Shown: one piece after another, positions 7,962 through 15,980 of the stretch
Layout: each line of letters begins with the position of its first letter
Position numbering within the stretch: position 1 is the stretch's first letter
DNA from: Candidatus Dadabacteria bacterium
Lineage (GTDB): Bacteria > Desulfobacterota_D > UBA1144 > Nemesobacterales > CSP1-2
Assembly: GCA_040289575.1 (NCBI GenBank)
Contig: PSLL01000001.1
Span: forward strand, 44,059 to 64,159
DNA length: 20,101 nt
Direction of reading: 5' to 3'
Notes under the pieces: model-generated
Seen by the model: the letters and a program-made list of their open reading frames with translations, nothing else
Told to the model about the DNA's origin: nothing
Databases searched by the model: none
Translations under genes and position numbers: made by a program

Positions 7962-8939
7962 TTATGCCGTTGCCTCCTCCTGTGGAATGGCGGTCTTACG
8001 GGTGAGCGACTCAACGAGTTCTTTCGCCTTAGCGGGGTTTTTCACCCAGAGTTTATAGAAGTCATAGGGACACTCAGCAACTCCGTCGGGCGGTAGAGCT
8101 GTGTATCCGCGATGTAGTGTGTTGAAGAGATGGTTTTCGGCAGTCCAGTTCTTCCTTGCATCACGAATCGCGGAGACTGAGAGAAGCGCATACTGTACCT
8201 CATCGGGACCGGTTCCACACTCCGCAAGTACCGTTCCATCAAAGTTTACGATGTTTGAATGGCCAAAGTATGAATAGACGAGGTCACGACCCGCCATATT
8301 GGCTACGACAAAGTATGTTAGATTCTCCCATGCACGAACCTGTGAGATCATTCTCTGCTGCTCCTTTGATGGGTACATATAACCCTGAATCCTGATTACC
8401 AACTCTGCGCCTTTCATGACTGTGTCACGGACGATCTCGGGATGGTTCCCATCGTAGCAAATAATCGATCCGATCTTTAATCCCTTTGGGCCATCTGCAA
8501 CCATCGTTTCATTGCCGGGATACCAAGGTTCCATTGGAACCCAGGGAAGAATCTTATGGTATTTGATAGCGATGTCACCCTTATCATTCATCAGTATAAA
8601 CGTGTTGAATGGATTTCCTTTAGGATTTTCTTCGCCGGTGATTGAGAATACACCCCAGACCTTGTTTCTCCTGCATCCATCGGCAAATATCTCGGTTTCC
8701 GGTCCGGGAACAGTAGTTGTAAGGTCACGCCATTTTACTGGATGAAACCCTTGTGTGCTGTACTCAGGGAAAATTATAAGGTCACAGCCGGGATAGCCCC
8801 TCTTGATACCGTCCATAAACGATGCGATGCGCTTACAGTTTTTAATCACATCGTCTTTGGATTCACAAATAGGCACTTGGTAATTAACAACGGCTACACC
8901 TACCATATCTTTAGACGATGATATTGTTCCTACAGGCAT
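7962..8939 (-). CDS. amiE: Aliphatic amidase, nitrilase superfamily (AmiE-like)
   Basis: ISSSKDMVGVAVVNY, FPEYSTQG (Glu), YHKILPW (Lys), IICYDGN.PE (Cys), KGAELVIR.QGYMYP and YSYFGHS. GAGGAGG RBS. Confidence 0.9.
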   Translation of the reverse strand: MPVGTISSSKDMVGVAVVNYQVPICESKDDVIKNCKRIASFMDGIKRGYPGCDLIIFPEYSTQGFHPVKWRDLTTTVPGPETEIFADGCRRNKVWGVFSITGEENPKGNPFNTFILMNDKGDIAIKYHKILPWVPMEPWYPGNETMVADGPKGLKIGSIICYDGNHPEIVRDTVMKGAELVIRIQGYMYPSKEQQRMISQVRAWENLTYFVVANMAGRDLVYSYFGHSNIVNFDGTVLAECGTGPDEVQYALLSVSAIRDARKNWTAENHLFNTLHRGYTALPPDGVAECPYDFYKLWVKNPAKAKELVESLTRKTAIPQEEATA

Positions 8940-8999
8940 GGCTATTTACCTCCTCTCATTGATTTTTTAGATTAAGGGAGTGAATCCCTTAAGTAGTTT

Positions 9000-9016
9000 G
9001 GCAATTTTTGTGCCGA
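9000..9016 (-). promoter_or_regulatory. Sigma54 (-24/-12) promoter of the amidase
   Basis: Minus strand TCGGCACAAAAATTGCC has exact GG-N10-GC spacing, ~60 nt upstream of the amidase ATG and adjacent to a GAFTGA activator gene. Confidence 0.85.
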
Positions 9017-9091
9017 GTTTAAGAGATTAAAGAAATCTCAATGATTTCAGGAAAAACTGAGCCTTTCTCGGAGGGTTATGAAAATTAGGAT

Positions 9092-9208
9092 TTGGTTTTT
9101 TTACCAAGGGTTGAAGTATGGGATAAGACAAAGAAATCGCCTTTTCCATTGACTTAAGCCACATTCAAGTTTGGTAAATTTACCAATAAATATTGGTAAA
9201 TTTACCAT
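9092..9208. promoter_or_regulatory. Three palindromic TTGGT-N6-ACCA(A/T) sites, candidate upstream activator sequences
   Basis: TTGGTTTTTTTACCAA at 9092-9107, perfect palindrome TTGGTAAATTTACCAA at 9171-9186, and TTGGTAAATTTACCAT at 9193-9208. Confidence 0.72.
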
Positions 9209-9213
9209 AGTTT

Positions 9214-10587
9214 CTATTCAAGAAACACGTCCCTTTTGATTCCATACTTCTTCATCTTCTCCCAAAGGTTCTTTACATCCATATCTGCATGTTTCGCTGC
9301 CTGTGTAAGCTTTCCTCCGTAGAGTTCTAAGAGTCCAGAAATATAGGTTTTCTCGAATTCTTCAATCACCTTGGTCTTGGCTGTCTTGAAGCTAGTTGTG
9401 AGATCAACCGAATCGGTTTTTTCCCTTGTTAAGAAAATCTCAATGTCGGTAATTATCTCCTTTTTCTCTACAATAACGGCTCTTTCAATAATGTTTTCGA
9501 GTTCTCTAACATTCCCAGGCCATGAGTAGTTGATTAATGTATTGATTGCCTCTTCGGAGATGGATTTTATGGGCTTATTAAACTTCTCTGCGTATTTCTT
9601 CAGAAAGAATCTTGTAAGAAGCGGTATATCCTCTTTTCTTTCTCTAAGAGGCGGTAGTTCAACAGGAATAACGTTCAATCTGTAGAAAAGGTCTTCTCTA
9701 AAATTCCCTTTTTCTACCTCTGACTTTAGATTCTTATTTGTAGTTGCGATGATTCTTACGTCAATGTCTACGCTCCTTTCACTGCCTAGGCTTGTGACCT
9801 TTTTATCTTCAATCACTCTAAGAAGTTTAGGCTGGAGTTTAAGAGGCATCTCTCCTATTTCGTCAAGGAGAATTGTGCCTCCATTTGCCATCTGAAAGAG
9901 CCCCCTTCTATTCTGATTTGCTCCTGTGAAAGCCCCTTTTTTAAAACCAAAGAGCTCACTTTCAAAAAGCTCGTCTGGAATAGCAGCACAGTTAACCGTA
10001 ATAAAAGGTTTTTCCCTTCTTGAGCTGTTAAAATGAATGGCGTTGGCAAGGAGTTCCTTACCGGTGCCGGTTTCACCATAGATGAGAATAGTGGTGTCAA
10101 GTTCTAGAATGTTCCTTGTAAGCTCTAAAATCTCCAGCATTTTTTTACTCTGAGAGATGATGTTTCTAAATGTAAATCGCTCGCGGTATTTATTTATCCG
10201 GCACTTATTTGCGAAGCTCAGTTCTTGCAACTTTAGGACCTTCTCAATCGCCATTATTATCTCCTCGTTTGAGAAGGGCTTCACTATATAGTCCTCGGCT
10301 CCTAGTTTCATTACTTCAACGGCGGATTCGATGGTGCCAAAGGCTGTCATCATAATTACTGCTAAATCCGGATTTTCGGCTTTGATGTACTTTACGAATT
10401 CCACTCCATCCATATCCGGAAGTTTTTTATCCGTGATTACGAGATCGAAGTCTTCTTTTTTCAAAAGGCTCATCGCCTCTTTTACATTGCCTGTGGTTGC
10501 CACTCTGTATCCCGCGCGTTCAATGTTTTTGACAAGAGGTTTTAGAAAAATTTCATCATCCTCAACTATTAGAATATTTCTTTTCAT
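9214..10587 (-). CDS. NtrC-family sigma54-dependent response regulator (CbrB-like architecture)
   Basis: REC domain (ILIVEDD, VITDKKLP, DYIVKPF), AAA+ domain (GETGTGKE, ESELFG.KKGAFTGA, LDEIGE, FREDLFYRLNV, WPGNVREL) and C-terminal Fis-like HTH. ATG 10587 has a GGAGGT RBS and overlaps the kinase end. Confidence 0.95.
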   Translation of the reverse strand: MKRNILIVEDDEIFLKPLVKNIERAGYRVATTGNVKEAMSLLKKEDFDLVITDKKLPDMDGVEFVKYIKAENPDLAVIMMTAFGTIESAVEVMKLGAEDYIVKPFSNEEIIMAIEKVLKLQELSFANKCRINKYRERFTFRNIISQSKKMLEILELTRNILELDTTILIYGETGTGKELLANAIHFNSSRREKPFITVNCAAIPDELFESELFGFKKGAFTGANQNRRGLFQMANGGTILLDEIGEMPLKLQPKLLRVIEDKKVTSLGSERSVDIDVRIIATTNKNLKSEVEKGNFREDLFYRLNVIPVELPPLRERKEDIPLLTRFFLKKYAEKFNKPIKSISEEAINTLINYSWPGNVRELENIIERAVIVEKKEIITDIEIFLTREKTDSVDLTTSFKTAKTKVIEEFEKTYISGLLELYGGKLTQAAKHADMDVKNLWEKMKKYGIKRDVFLE

Positions 10588-13570
10588 CGGATGCACCTCC
10601 TGCAGGTAGGATTATACTTACCTTTGTTCTCTCGCCTGGCATACTCTTTATGTCTACATCGCCTTTATGAAGATCAACGATCTTCTTTACTATAGCCATC
10701 CCAAGCCCAATTCCATTTGGTTTTGTTGTAAAAAATGGATGGTACATCTTTCCTAGATTCTCTTTTGAGATTCCAACGCCATTATCGACAAACTCTATAG
10801 AGATATAGGAGTCATGACTGTAGAGATTAATCAATATTTTTCCTTCCCTATGGTTTATTGCTTCAATTGCGTTCTTTAAAACATTTGCAAATACTTGCCT
10901 GATCTTTATACCATCAACATTTAGATTAATATTCTCTTGAAACCTGTTATATATCACCTGGATTCCCTTTTCATTGATTTCACGGTGAAATGAATTCACA
11001 ATTCCCCTGATTATTTGGGCGATGTTATAGTCTTCTTTTTCGAGTTTGTTTTCTCGCGCGAAATCAAGTAGGTCATTTATTATGTTTTCTATGTCTTTTA
11101 TTCCTGAAAGGATGCTGTCGAGCATATCTGTAGTAAAACTCCTTTCGCTTAAATCCCTGCGGATAAGGCCGACAGCCATCTTGATTCCTCCGAGAGGATT
11201 TCTTATTTCATGTGCTACACCGGCTGCCATCTCCCCTAAAGATGCCAGTTTTTCCCTCTGGATTAATCTTTTCTGCATCTCAATCTGATCGGTTATATCC
11301 CTCAGGATTCCCACTATACCAATCGTGTCCCCCCTCTCATTCAAGATCGAGGTTATGGAGAGATAAGCCGGAAACGTATCCCCATTCTTTTTTCTTACGA
11401 CAACCTCACCCTTCCAACCGCTTCCTGCTTGTGTTTCCTTTAGAATCCTTTTTCTTATTTCTTTGGGTGTGTTTTTGTCTATCAGTTTCATATAACGCCT
11501 TCCCGTAATTTCTTCTTTTGAATATCCAGTAAGCTTCTCTCCGGCGGCGTTTATAGTTATAACTCTTCCAAACATATCCGTGATGATAATGCTGTCGTCA
11601 ACGCTTCTTACAACGCTCGCAAAAAGCCTCTCCTGCTTTCTCATCTCTTCTTCGGTCAGGCGGAGGGAATCCTGCATCCTCTGAAATGATTCAACAATTT
11701 TCTCAGCTTCTGCTTTGGAAATCGTGAATTTATCCTCAATGATAAATTTTGCCGCTGCGGCCCCAAGATGAGCGGCGAGGAGCTTTTCAACCTTAATTCT
11801 CATCTCAAGAAGCTCGTGTATAGAGAAATCTAGATTTTCTAATTTATCCTCTGGAAAAAGGTCTTTTAGAAGTACGCTGGCTTCTTCATCACCGATGTAT
11901 TTGTGAATGAGTTTTTTTAGCTCCCATGTGGAAAGTATCGCTTTTCTCTGTGGGTAAGTTTCTATCTCGTCTCTCTGAAAAACCTTAACGAATGAGTTTG
12001 ATTGTATTATCTCTTCTTCGCCCTGCCTTGTGAAAAGAGATACAAGAACGTAGGCACCGGCATTAAAAAACATAGACCAAAAGGCTGTATGAGTTATATT
12101 ATCCAAACCGCGAAGTCCAAGAAATTCTGTGGGTTTAAGAATGGGTATACCGAATAGTCCCTGTGTCATAATCCCGGATGAGAGAAATCCCCTTTCAACA
12201 AGAGCGGGAATAATTAGGGTGTAGAACCAGATAATAAACCCAAGTGAAATGCCGGTAAACGCTCCTTTCTTATTCCCCTTTGTCCAGAATATTCCCAACA
12301 GCATAGCCGGGGCACACTGAGTTACGGCTGTAAACGAGAGAAGCCCGATGTCTACAAGGAGGTGCTCCTTTCCTAGAACTTTTGCATAAAGGTATCCGAA
12401 GAGTATGACAACAAGGATTGAGATTCTAGTCGAGTAGAGGTTTGCCTTGTATATGTTTCCCGGTTTTTGCATCTTTAGAATAATCGGAATCACAATGTCG
12501 TTTGTAATCATCTTGCTTACGGCGAGAGATGAGACCATGACCATAGCGGTTGCCGCGGAGAATCCACCCAGAAATGCAATCATCAAGGCCAGATTATTCT
12601 TATAGCTCATTGGGATGAGTAATATAAAATCGTCACCCCGAGAGGGCGGAAGGTTGAGGAGAAGCCCTGAGAACGCTATTGGAAGAACAAAGATATTTAT
12701 GAGTAGAAGATAAAGCGGGAATATCCAAGTGAGTTGACCTACGCGTCTTTCATCACGGTTCTGTACAACCATGACATGAAATTGTCTAGGAAGGAACATA
12801 ACCGCCATCATAGATATAAAAAGTAGCGAGAACCACCTTGAGTATGTAGTAAATTCATTGTTTAGGGTTAAAAGCCTTCTATATTCGGGATTTTCATAGA
12901 CCCTTCTAAATATCTCACCAAACCCGCCAAAGATTCCAAAGGTTATGTAGAAGCCGACTATGATAAAGGCAAGGAGTTTTACCATAGATTCGACGGCTAC
13001 AAGTGTAAGTAGCCCCCTTTGCTCTTTGGTAAAATCTAGGTTTTTTGCACCAAAGGTGATTGAGAAAATCCCAAGTGCTATTACGACAAAGAAGGTTAGA
13101 TCAAAGAGTTTAAGGTTCTTTCCTGTTATGACGCTGAACGAAAGGAAAATCGCCCTTAGCTGTAGAGCAATATAAGGGATGACTCCAAAAAAGATAAGAA
13201 GAGTGACCAACGTCCCTAAGGCATGGGATTTTCCATACCTGCTACTTATGAAGTCTGATATTGAAATGATATTCTGCTCCTTGGAGATTCGGATAATTTT
13301 CTTTAGAATAAGAGGCCAGAGTACTGCTATAAGAGTAGGGCCCAAATAGATGGTTAAAAATTCTAATCCTCTATTTGCTGCAAGCCCTATACTTCCATAA
13401 AACGTCCAGGCTGTACAGTAGACCGAAGCGGCAAGAACATATACGATGGATTTTAATCTATAAGAATCTAGAAATTTGCTGTATTTTTCGGAGAGGTAGG
13501 CTACTAGGAAAAGAAAGGTCAGATAAATTACGATAATCGAGAAAAGAGGAATGTATGTTAACTGATTCAT
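10562..13570 (-). CDS. SLC5 (Na+/solute symporter)-STAC-PAS-histidine kinase (CbrA/CrbS type)
   Basis: SLC5-kinase motifs VYCTAWTFYGSIG, ISDFISSRYGKS, PYIALQL, LPRQFHV and GGFSAATAMV; STAC-like EKLLAAHLGAAAAK; PAS; H-box AHEIRNPL; N/G boxes NVLKNA, DNGVG, FFTTK and GIGLGM. Confidence 0.95.
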   Translation of the reverse strand: MNQLTYIPLFSIIVIYLTFLFLVAYLSEKYSKFLDSYRLKSIVYVLAASVYCTAWTFYGSIGLAANRGLEFLTIYLGPTLIAVLWPLILKKIIRISKEQNIISISDFISSRYGKSHALGTLVTLLIFFGVIPYIALQLRAIFLSFSVITGKNLKLFDLTFFVVIALGIFSITFGAKNLDFTKEQRGLLTLVAVESMVKLLAFIIVGFYITFGIFGGFGEIFRRVYENPEYRRLLTLNNEFTTYSRWFSLLFISMMAVMFLPRQFHVMVVQNRDERRVGQLTWIFPLYLLLINIFVLPIAFSGLLLNLPPSRGDDFILLIPMSYKNNLALMIAFLGGFSAATAMVMVSSLAVSKMITNDIVIPIILKMQKPGNIYKANLYSTRISILVVILFGYLYAKVLGKEHLLVDIGLLSFTAVTQCAPAMLLGIFWTKGNKKGAFTGISLGFIIWFYTLIIPALVERGFLSSGIMTQGLFGIPILKPTEFLGLRGLDNITHTAFWSMFFNAGAYVLVSLFTRQGEEEIIQSNSFVKVFQRDEIETYPQRKAILSTWELKKLIHKYIGDEEASVLLKDLFPEDKLENLDFSIHELLEMRIKVEKLLAAHLGAAAAKFIIEDKFTISKAEAEKIVESFQRMQDSLRLTEEEMRKQERLFASVVRSVDDSIIITDMFGRVITINAAGEKLTGYSKEEITGRRYMKLIDKNTPKEIRKRILKETQAGSGWKGEVVVRKKNGDTFPAYLSITSILNERGDTIGIVGILRDITDQIEMQKRLIQREKLASLGEMAAGVAHEIRNPLGGIKMAVGLIRRDLSERSFTTDMLDSILSGIKDIENIINDLLDFARENKLEKEDYNIAQIIRGIVNSFHREINEKGIQVIYNRFQENINLNVDGIKIRQVFANVLKNAIEAINHREGKILINLYSHDSYISIEFVDNGVGISKENLGKMYHPFFTTKPNGIGLGMAIVKKIVDLHKGDVDIKSMPGERTKVSIILPAGGASDEKKYSNS

Positions 13571-13572
13571 TT

Positions 13573-13740
13573 CTAAGGTTCCTCTTTTTTGTTTCTTATG
13601 AGGTTTATGAGGAGGAGAATAGCGATAGTGATCAACCAGATAATAAACAGGTAAAGCACAAAAAGGGGAATCCCAAAAACAAGATTAGGATAATTAAATA
13701 TGCTAACTATGGGCCAGCTAAGAAAAGCCAAAAATATCAT
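13573..13740 (-). CDS. Small two-helix membrane protein upstream of the SLC5 kinase (cbrX-like position); absent from the ORF track
   Basis: MIFLAFLSWPIVSIFNYPNLVFGIPLFVLYLFIIWLITIAILLLINLIRNKKEEP* (55 aa). The stop is 2 nt before the kinase ATG. The WP...FN....FGIP...LYLF..W pattern is typical of small partners of SLC5 proteins. The start is uncertain. Confidence 0.75.
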   Translation of the reverse strand: MIFLAFLSWPIVSIFNYPNLVFGIPLFVLYLFIIWLITIAILLLINLIRNKKEEP

Positions 13741-13833
13741 GAAAACTGCTATCCAAAGCTCTCCTTTTACCCCATAGGCATCTCCCCCGGTTTAAAGATT
13801 ATAAAAGATTTAGGATTTATAATGCAACTTCTT

Positions 13834-14247
13834 TTAGTTTATCGAAGATTTCACAAATAGTGTGTTGAGAATCGGGAACAGGGTTGGAATATCGAGTTCT
13901 GCTTGGTCCAGTGTTTCCGGATATTGAGAAAGGGATTTCATCTTCTTAACACCATATTGCATAGAAAGCGTATCGGCTACCGCTCTTTCAACACATGCTC
14001 GCTTTAGTCTCTCAGGCTTCTCAAGAATCAGGTCTATTATTAAATCACTCAGCCTCTCCATAGCAATAGGAACTTGGTAGAGGTCTCGACAGTAAGGCTC
14101 TTCAGGAGTCCCGAAGATCAAATCCAGTTTCTTTAAAGCCTTTACGAGTTCATCGGTTTCAATCCACACCCTCATGTAGTAGGTTTTGTTCTCTAAATTG
14201 ATAGGGAGGAAAGCCTCATAGTGTCCAATGTGCAAGTAGCGTGACAT
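13834..14247 (-). CDS. Hypothetical protein (137 aa)
   Basis: ATG with AAGGAG RBS and plausible globular composition. No family recognised. Confidence 0.7.
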   Translation of the reverse strand: MSRYLHIGHYEAFLPINLENKTYYMRVWIETDELVKALKKLDLIFGTPEEPYCRDLYQVPIAMERLSDLIIDLILEKPERLKRACVERAVADTLSMQYGVKKMKSLSQYPETLDQAELDIPTLFPILNTLFVKSSIN

Positions 14248-14288
14248 ACCACTTCTCCTTAATTATTGACCCTCATCAAAAACAACAG

Positions 14289-14403
14289 GGTTTCTCGGTC
14301 GGACATAGTTAAAACCCCCAGGAAGCCTGGCTTTAATCCAACTGGATTTTCGTAAGATTTGACCCTTCTCAATATTATATCCCAGGGCTAATGACGGATA
14401 AAG
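14289..14403 (-). pseudogene. Direct repeat copy 2: decayed lipA 5' fragment with intact promoter
   Basis: Minus strand reads GQILRKSSWIKARLPGGFNYVRPRN versus LipA SQTLRKPSWIKARLPGGSNYIRLRS. The ATG is destroyed, while 14368-14403 is 36/36 identical to 3827-3862. Confidence 0.92.
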
Positions 14404-14428
14404 CGGGGTGTATAATATGCCCCTATAT

Positions 14429-15334
14429 TTAAAAAGCGGGCATTATCTCACGTGAAAACCTCTCCATTATATCAAACATCTCTTCATCGCTTCTTGCAAG
14501 GACATCCAATGCTATATGAGATATGCCTATATCTTTAAACCTCCATATGTAGTCAGTTATTTCTTCAGACGTGCCATAGAATAGAAATGGGTGTCTCCTA
14601 GACTCTATTTTCCCGGATTGTTTTTCGCCTGTGCTGAGTATATGAAGCCTACTCCTTAGAGAAAAAACGATTGTGGACGATTCCCTCCCCCATTCATTTG
14701 CAATTCTTTTTAGATAATTCAGTTCTCCCTCCATTTCTTCGGGGCTCAACCCCACGGGCTGCCATCCGTCTCCAAGTTCGACTGCGCGTCTTATGGCTTT
14801 TCTGCTATTCCCGCCGATCCATATGGGCGGACGCGGTTTTTGGTAGGGCTTCGGATAGAATTTAATATCGGAGAAACTGTAGAATTCGCCCTCAAATTTC
14901 GGATCGTAATTCTCCCAGAGTTCTTTAAAAATCCTTATGTATTCATCGGTTCTTTTTCCTCTTTCATGAAATGAGACGCTGAGTATATCAAACTCTTCTT
15001 TTAACCATCCAGAGGCAACGCCGAAAATGAGCCTTCCATTCGATAGCGCATCCAGAGTCGCAGCCGCCTTTGCGACGGCAATGGGATTTCGATAGGGAAG
15101 AACAATCACGCTGGTTCCCAGTTTTATCTTACTTGTGTAGGCGGCAATTGAAGCAAGAATCACAAAAGGGTCATAGAAGGTTTCGCTGAATCTGCCTACG
15201 TATTGGTTTGGAACTATTATGTGGTCGCTTGCCCAGATAGAGTCGAATCCAAGCCCTTCGGCCCTTTTAGCTATCTCTATATTCGCATGTGCCTCAACAT
15301 TCCTCAGGATAGGTATGGTGATTCCAAACTGCAT
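14429..15334 (-). CDS. LLM-class (luciferase-like) oxidoreductase, probably F420- or flavin-dependent
   Basis: AEGLGFDSIWASDH, LGTSVIVLPYRNP, ATLDALSNGRLIFG, PKPYQKPRPPIWIGG and GDGW. ATG 15334 with AAGGAG RBS preferred to 15436. Confidence 0.92.
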   Translation of the reverse strand: MQFGITIPILRNVEAHANIEIAKRAEGLGFDSIWASDHIIVPNQYVGRFSETFYDPFVILASIAAYTSKIKLGTSVIVLPYRNPIAVAKAAATLDALSNGRLIFGVASGWLKEEFDILSVSFHERGKRTDEYIRIFKELWENYDPKFEGEFYSFSDIKFYPKPYQKPRPPIWIGGNSRKAIRRAVELGDGWQPVGLSPEEMEGELNYLKRIANEWGRESSTIVFSLRSRLHILSTGEKQSGKIESRRHPFLFYGTSEEITDYIWRFKDIGISHIALDVLARSDEEMFDIMERFSREIMPAF

Positions 15335-15541
15335 TGTTTTCTCCTTCAAAAGATACGGTGGAGTTGATTCTCTAGAAACAGACGTTCTAAAAAGATTATA
15401 CGCTGATCGGAACGTACAAACAAATCTATAGAGCACTTGTTAATTGGCAACTGCGTGTATAAAATAGAATATCGTGTAATTGGAGCTAGAGAACACAATT
15501 GGCGGGCAAATTAGATGACAAATAGGGTTGAGGTGGTAGCC

Positions 15542-15967
15542 ATGCCTAGGAATTCCGATTATGAAGAGGTGATTAAGATAAACGAGAGGTTTTATAAGGC
15601 TCTTGGCACAAGAGACCTAGAGTTAATGGATACGGTTTGGGTAAAAGACTCAACGGCAGGCTGTGTTCATCCGGGCTGGGCAATGCTTCGCGGTTGGCAG
15701 GCCATAAGGCAGAGCTGGGAAAATGTGTTTGATCCGAGTGATCAAGTGGATATTAGGCTTTCGGGTATTTCTGTAGAAGTAAAAGGAGACGTTGCGTGGC
15801 TTACTTGTATACAAGAGCTAACATACATAAATAGAAACCCGATAATGATAAATGTATCTCAGTCAACGAACATATTTAAGCGCCACGATTCTGGCTGGCT
15901 TATGGTTTTGCACCATGCCTCTCCAATTCCAATAACGGATTATATTATGAAGGGTGAGTTACAGTAG
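15542..15967 (+). CDS. SnoaL/NTF2-like fold protein
   Basis: NERFYKAL...D...M..VW, CVHPGW..LRGW.AIR.SW, TNIF and W.MVLHHAS. GAGGTG RBS before ATG 15542 (alternative start 15515). Confidence 0.85.
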   Translation: MPRNSDYEEVIKINERFYKALGTRDLELMDTVWVKDSTAGCVHPGWAMLRGWQAIRQSWENVFDPSDQVDIRLSGISVEVKGDVAWLTCIQELTYINRNPIMINVSQSTNIFKRHDSGWLMVLHHASPIPITDYIMKGELQ

Positions 15968-15980
15968 AGTTATTGCGGAT

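Noticed and set aside
9030..9160. IHF site between the enhancers and the sigma54 promoter
   Set aside because: Only partial matches to WATCAANNNNTTR in AT-rich DNA; not distinguishable from chance.
9171..9208. CRISPR-like or transposon-end interpretation of the tandem palindromes
   Set aside because: Only two adjacent copies with a 6 nt gap, no spacers, and no cas or transposase gene. The position fits enhancer sites.
3863..14288. Prophage, ICE or defence-island call for the repeat-bounded block
   Set aside because: No integrase, transposase, relaxase, phage or recognisable defence gene is present; the only evidence of mobility is the repeat pair.
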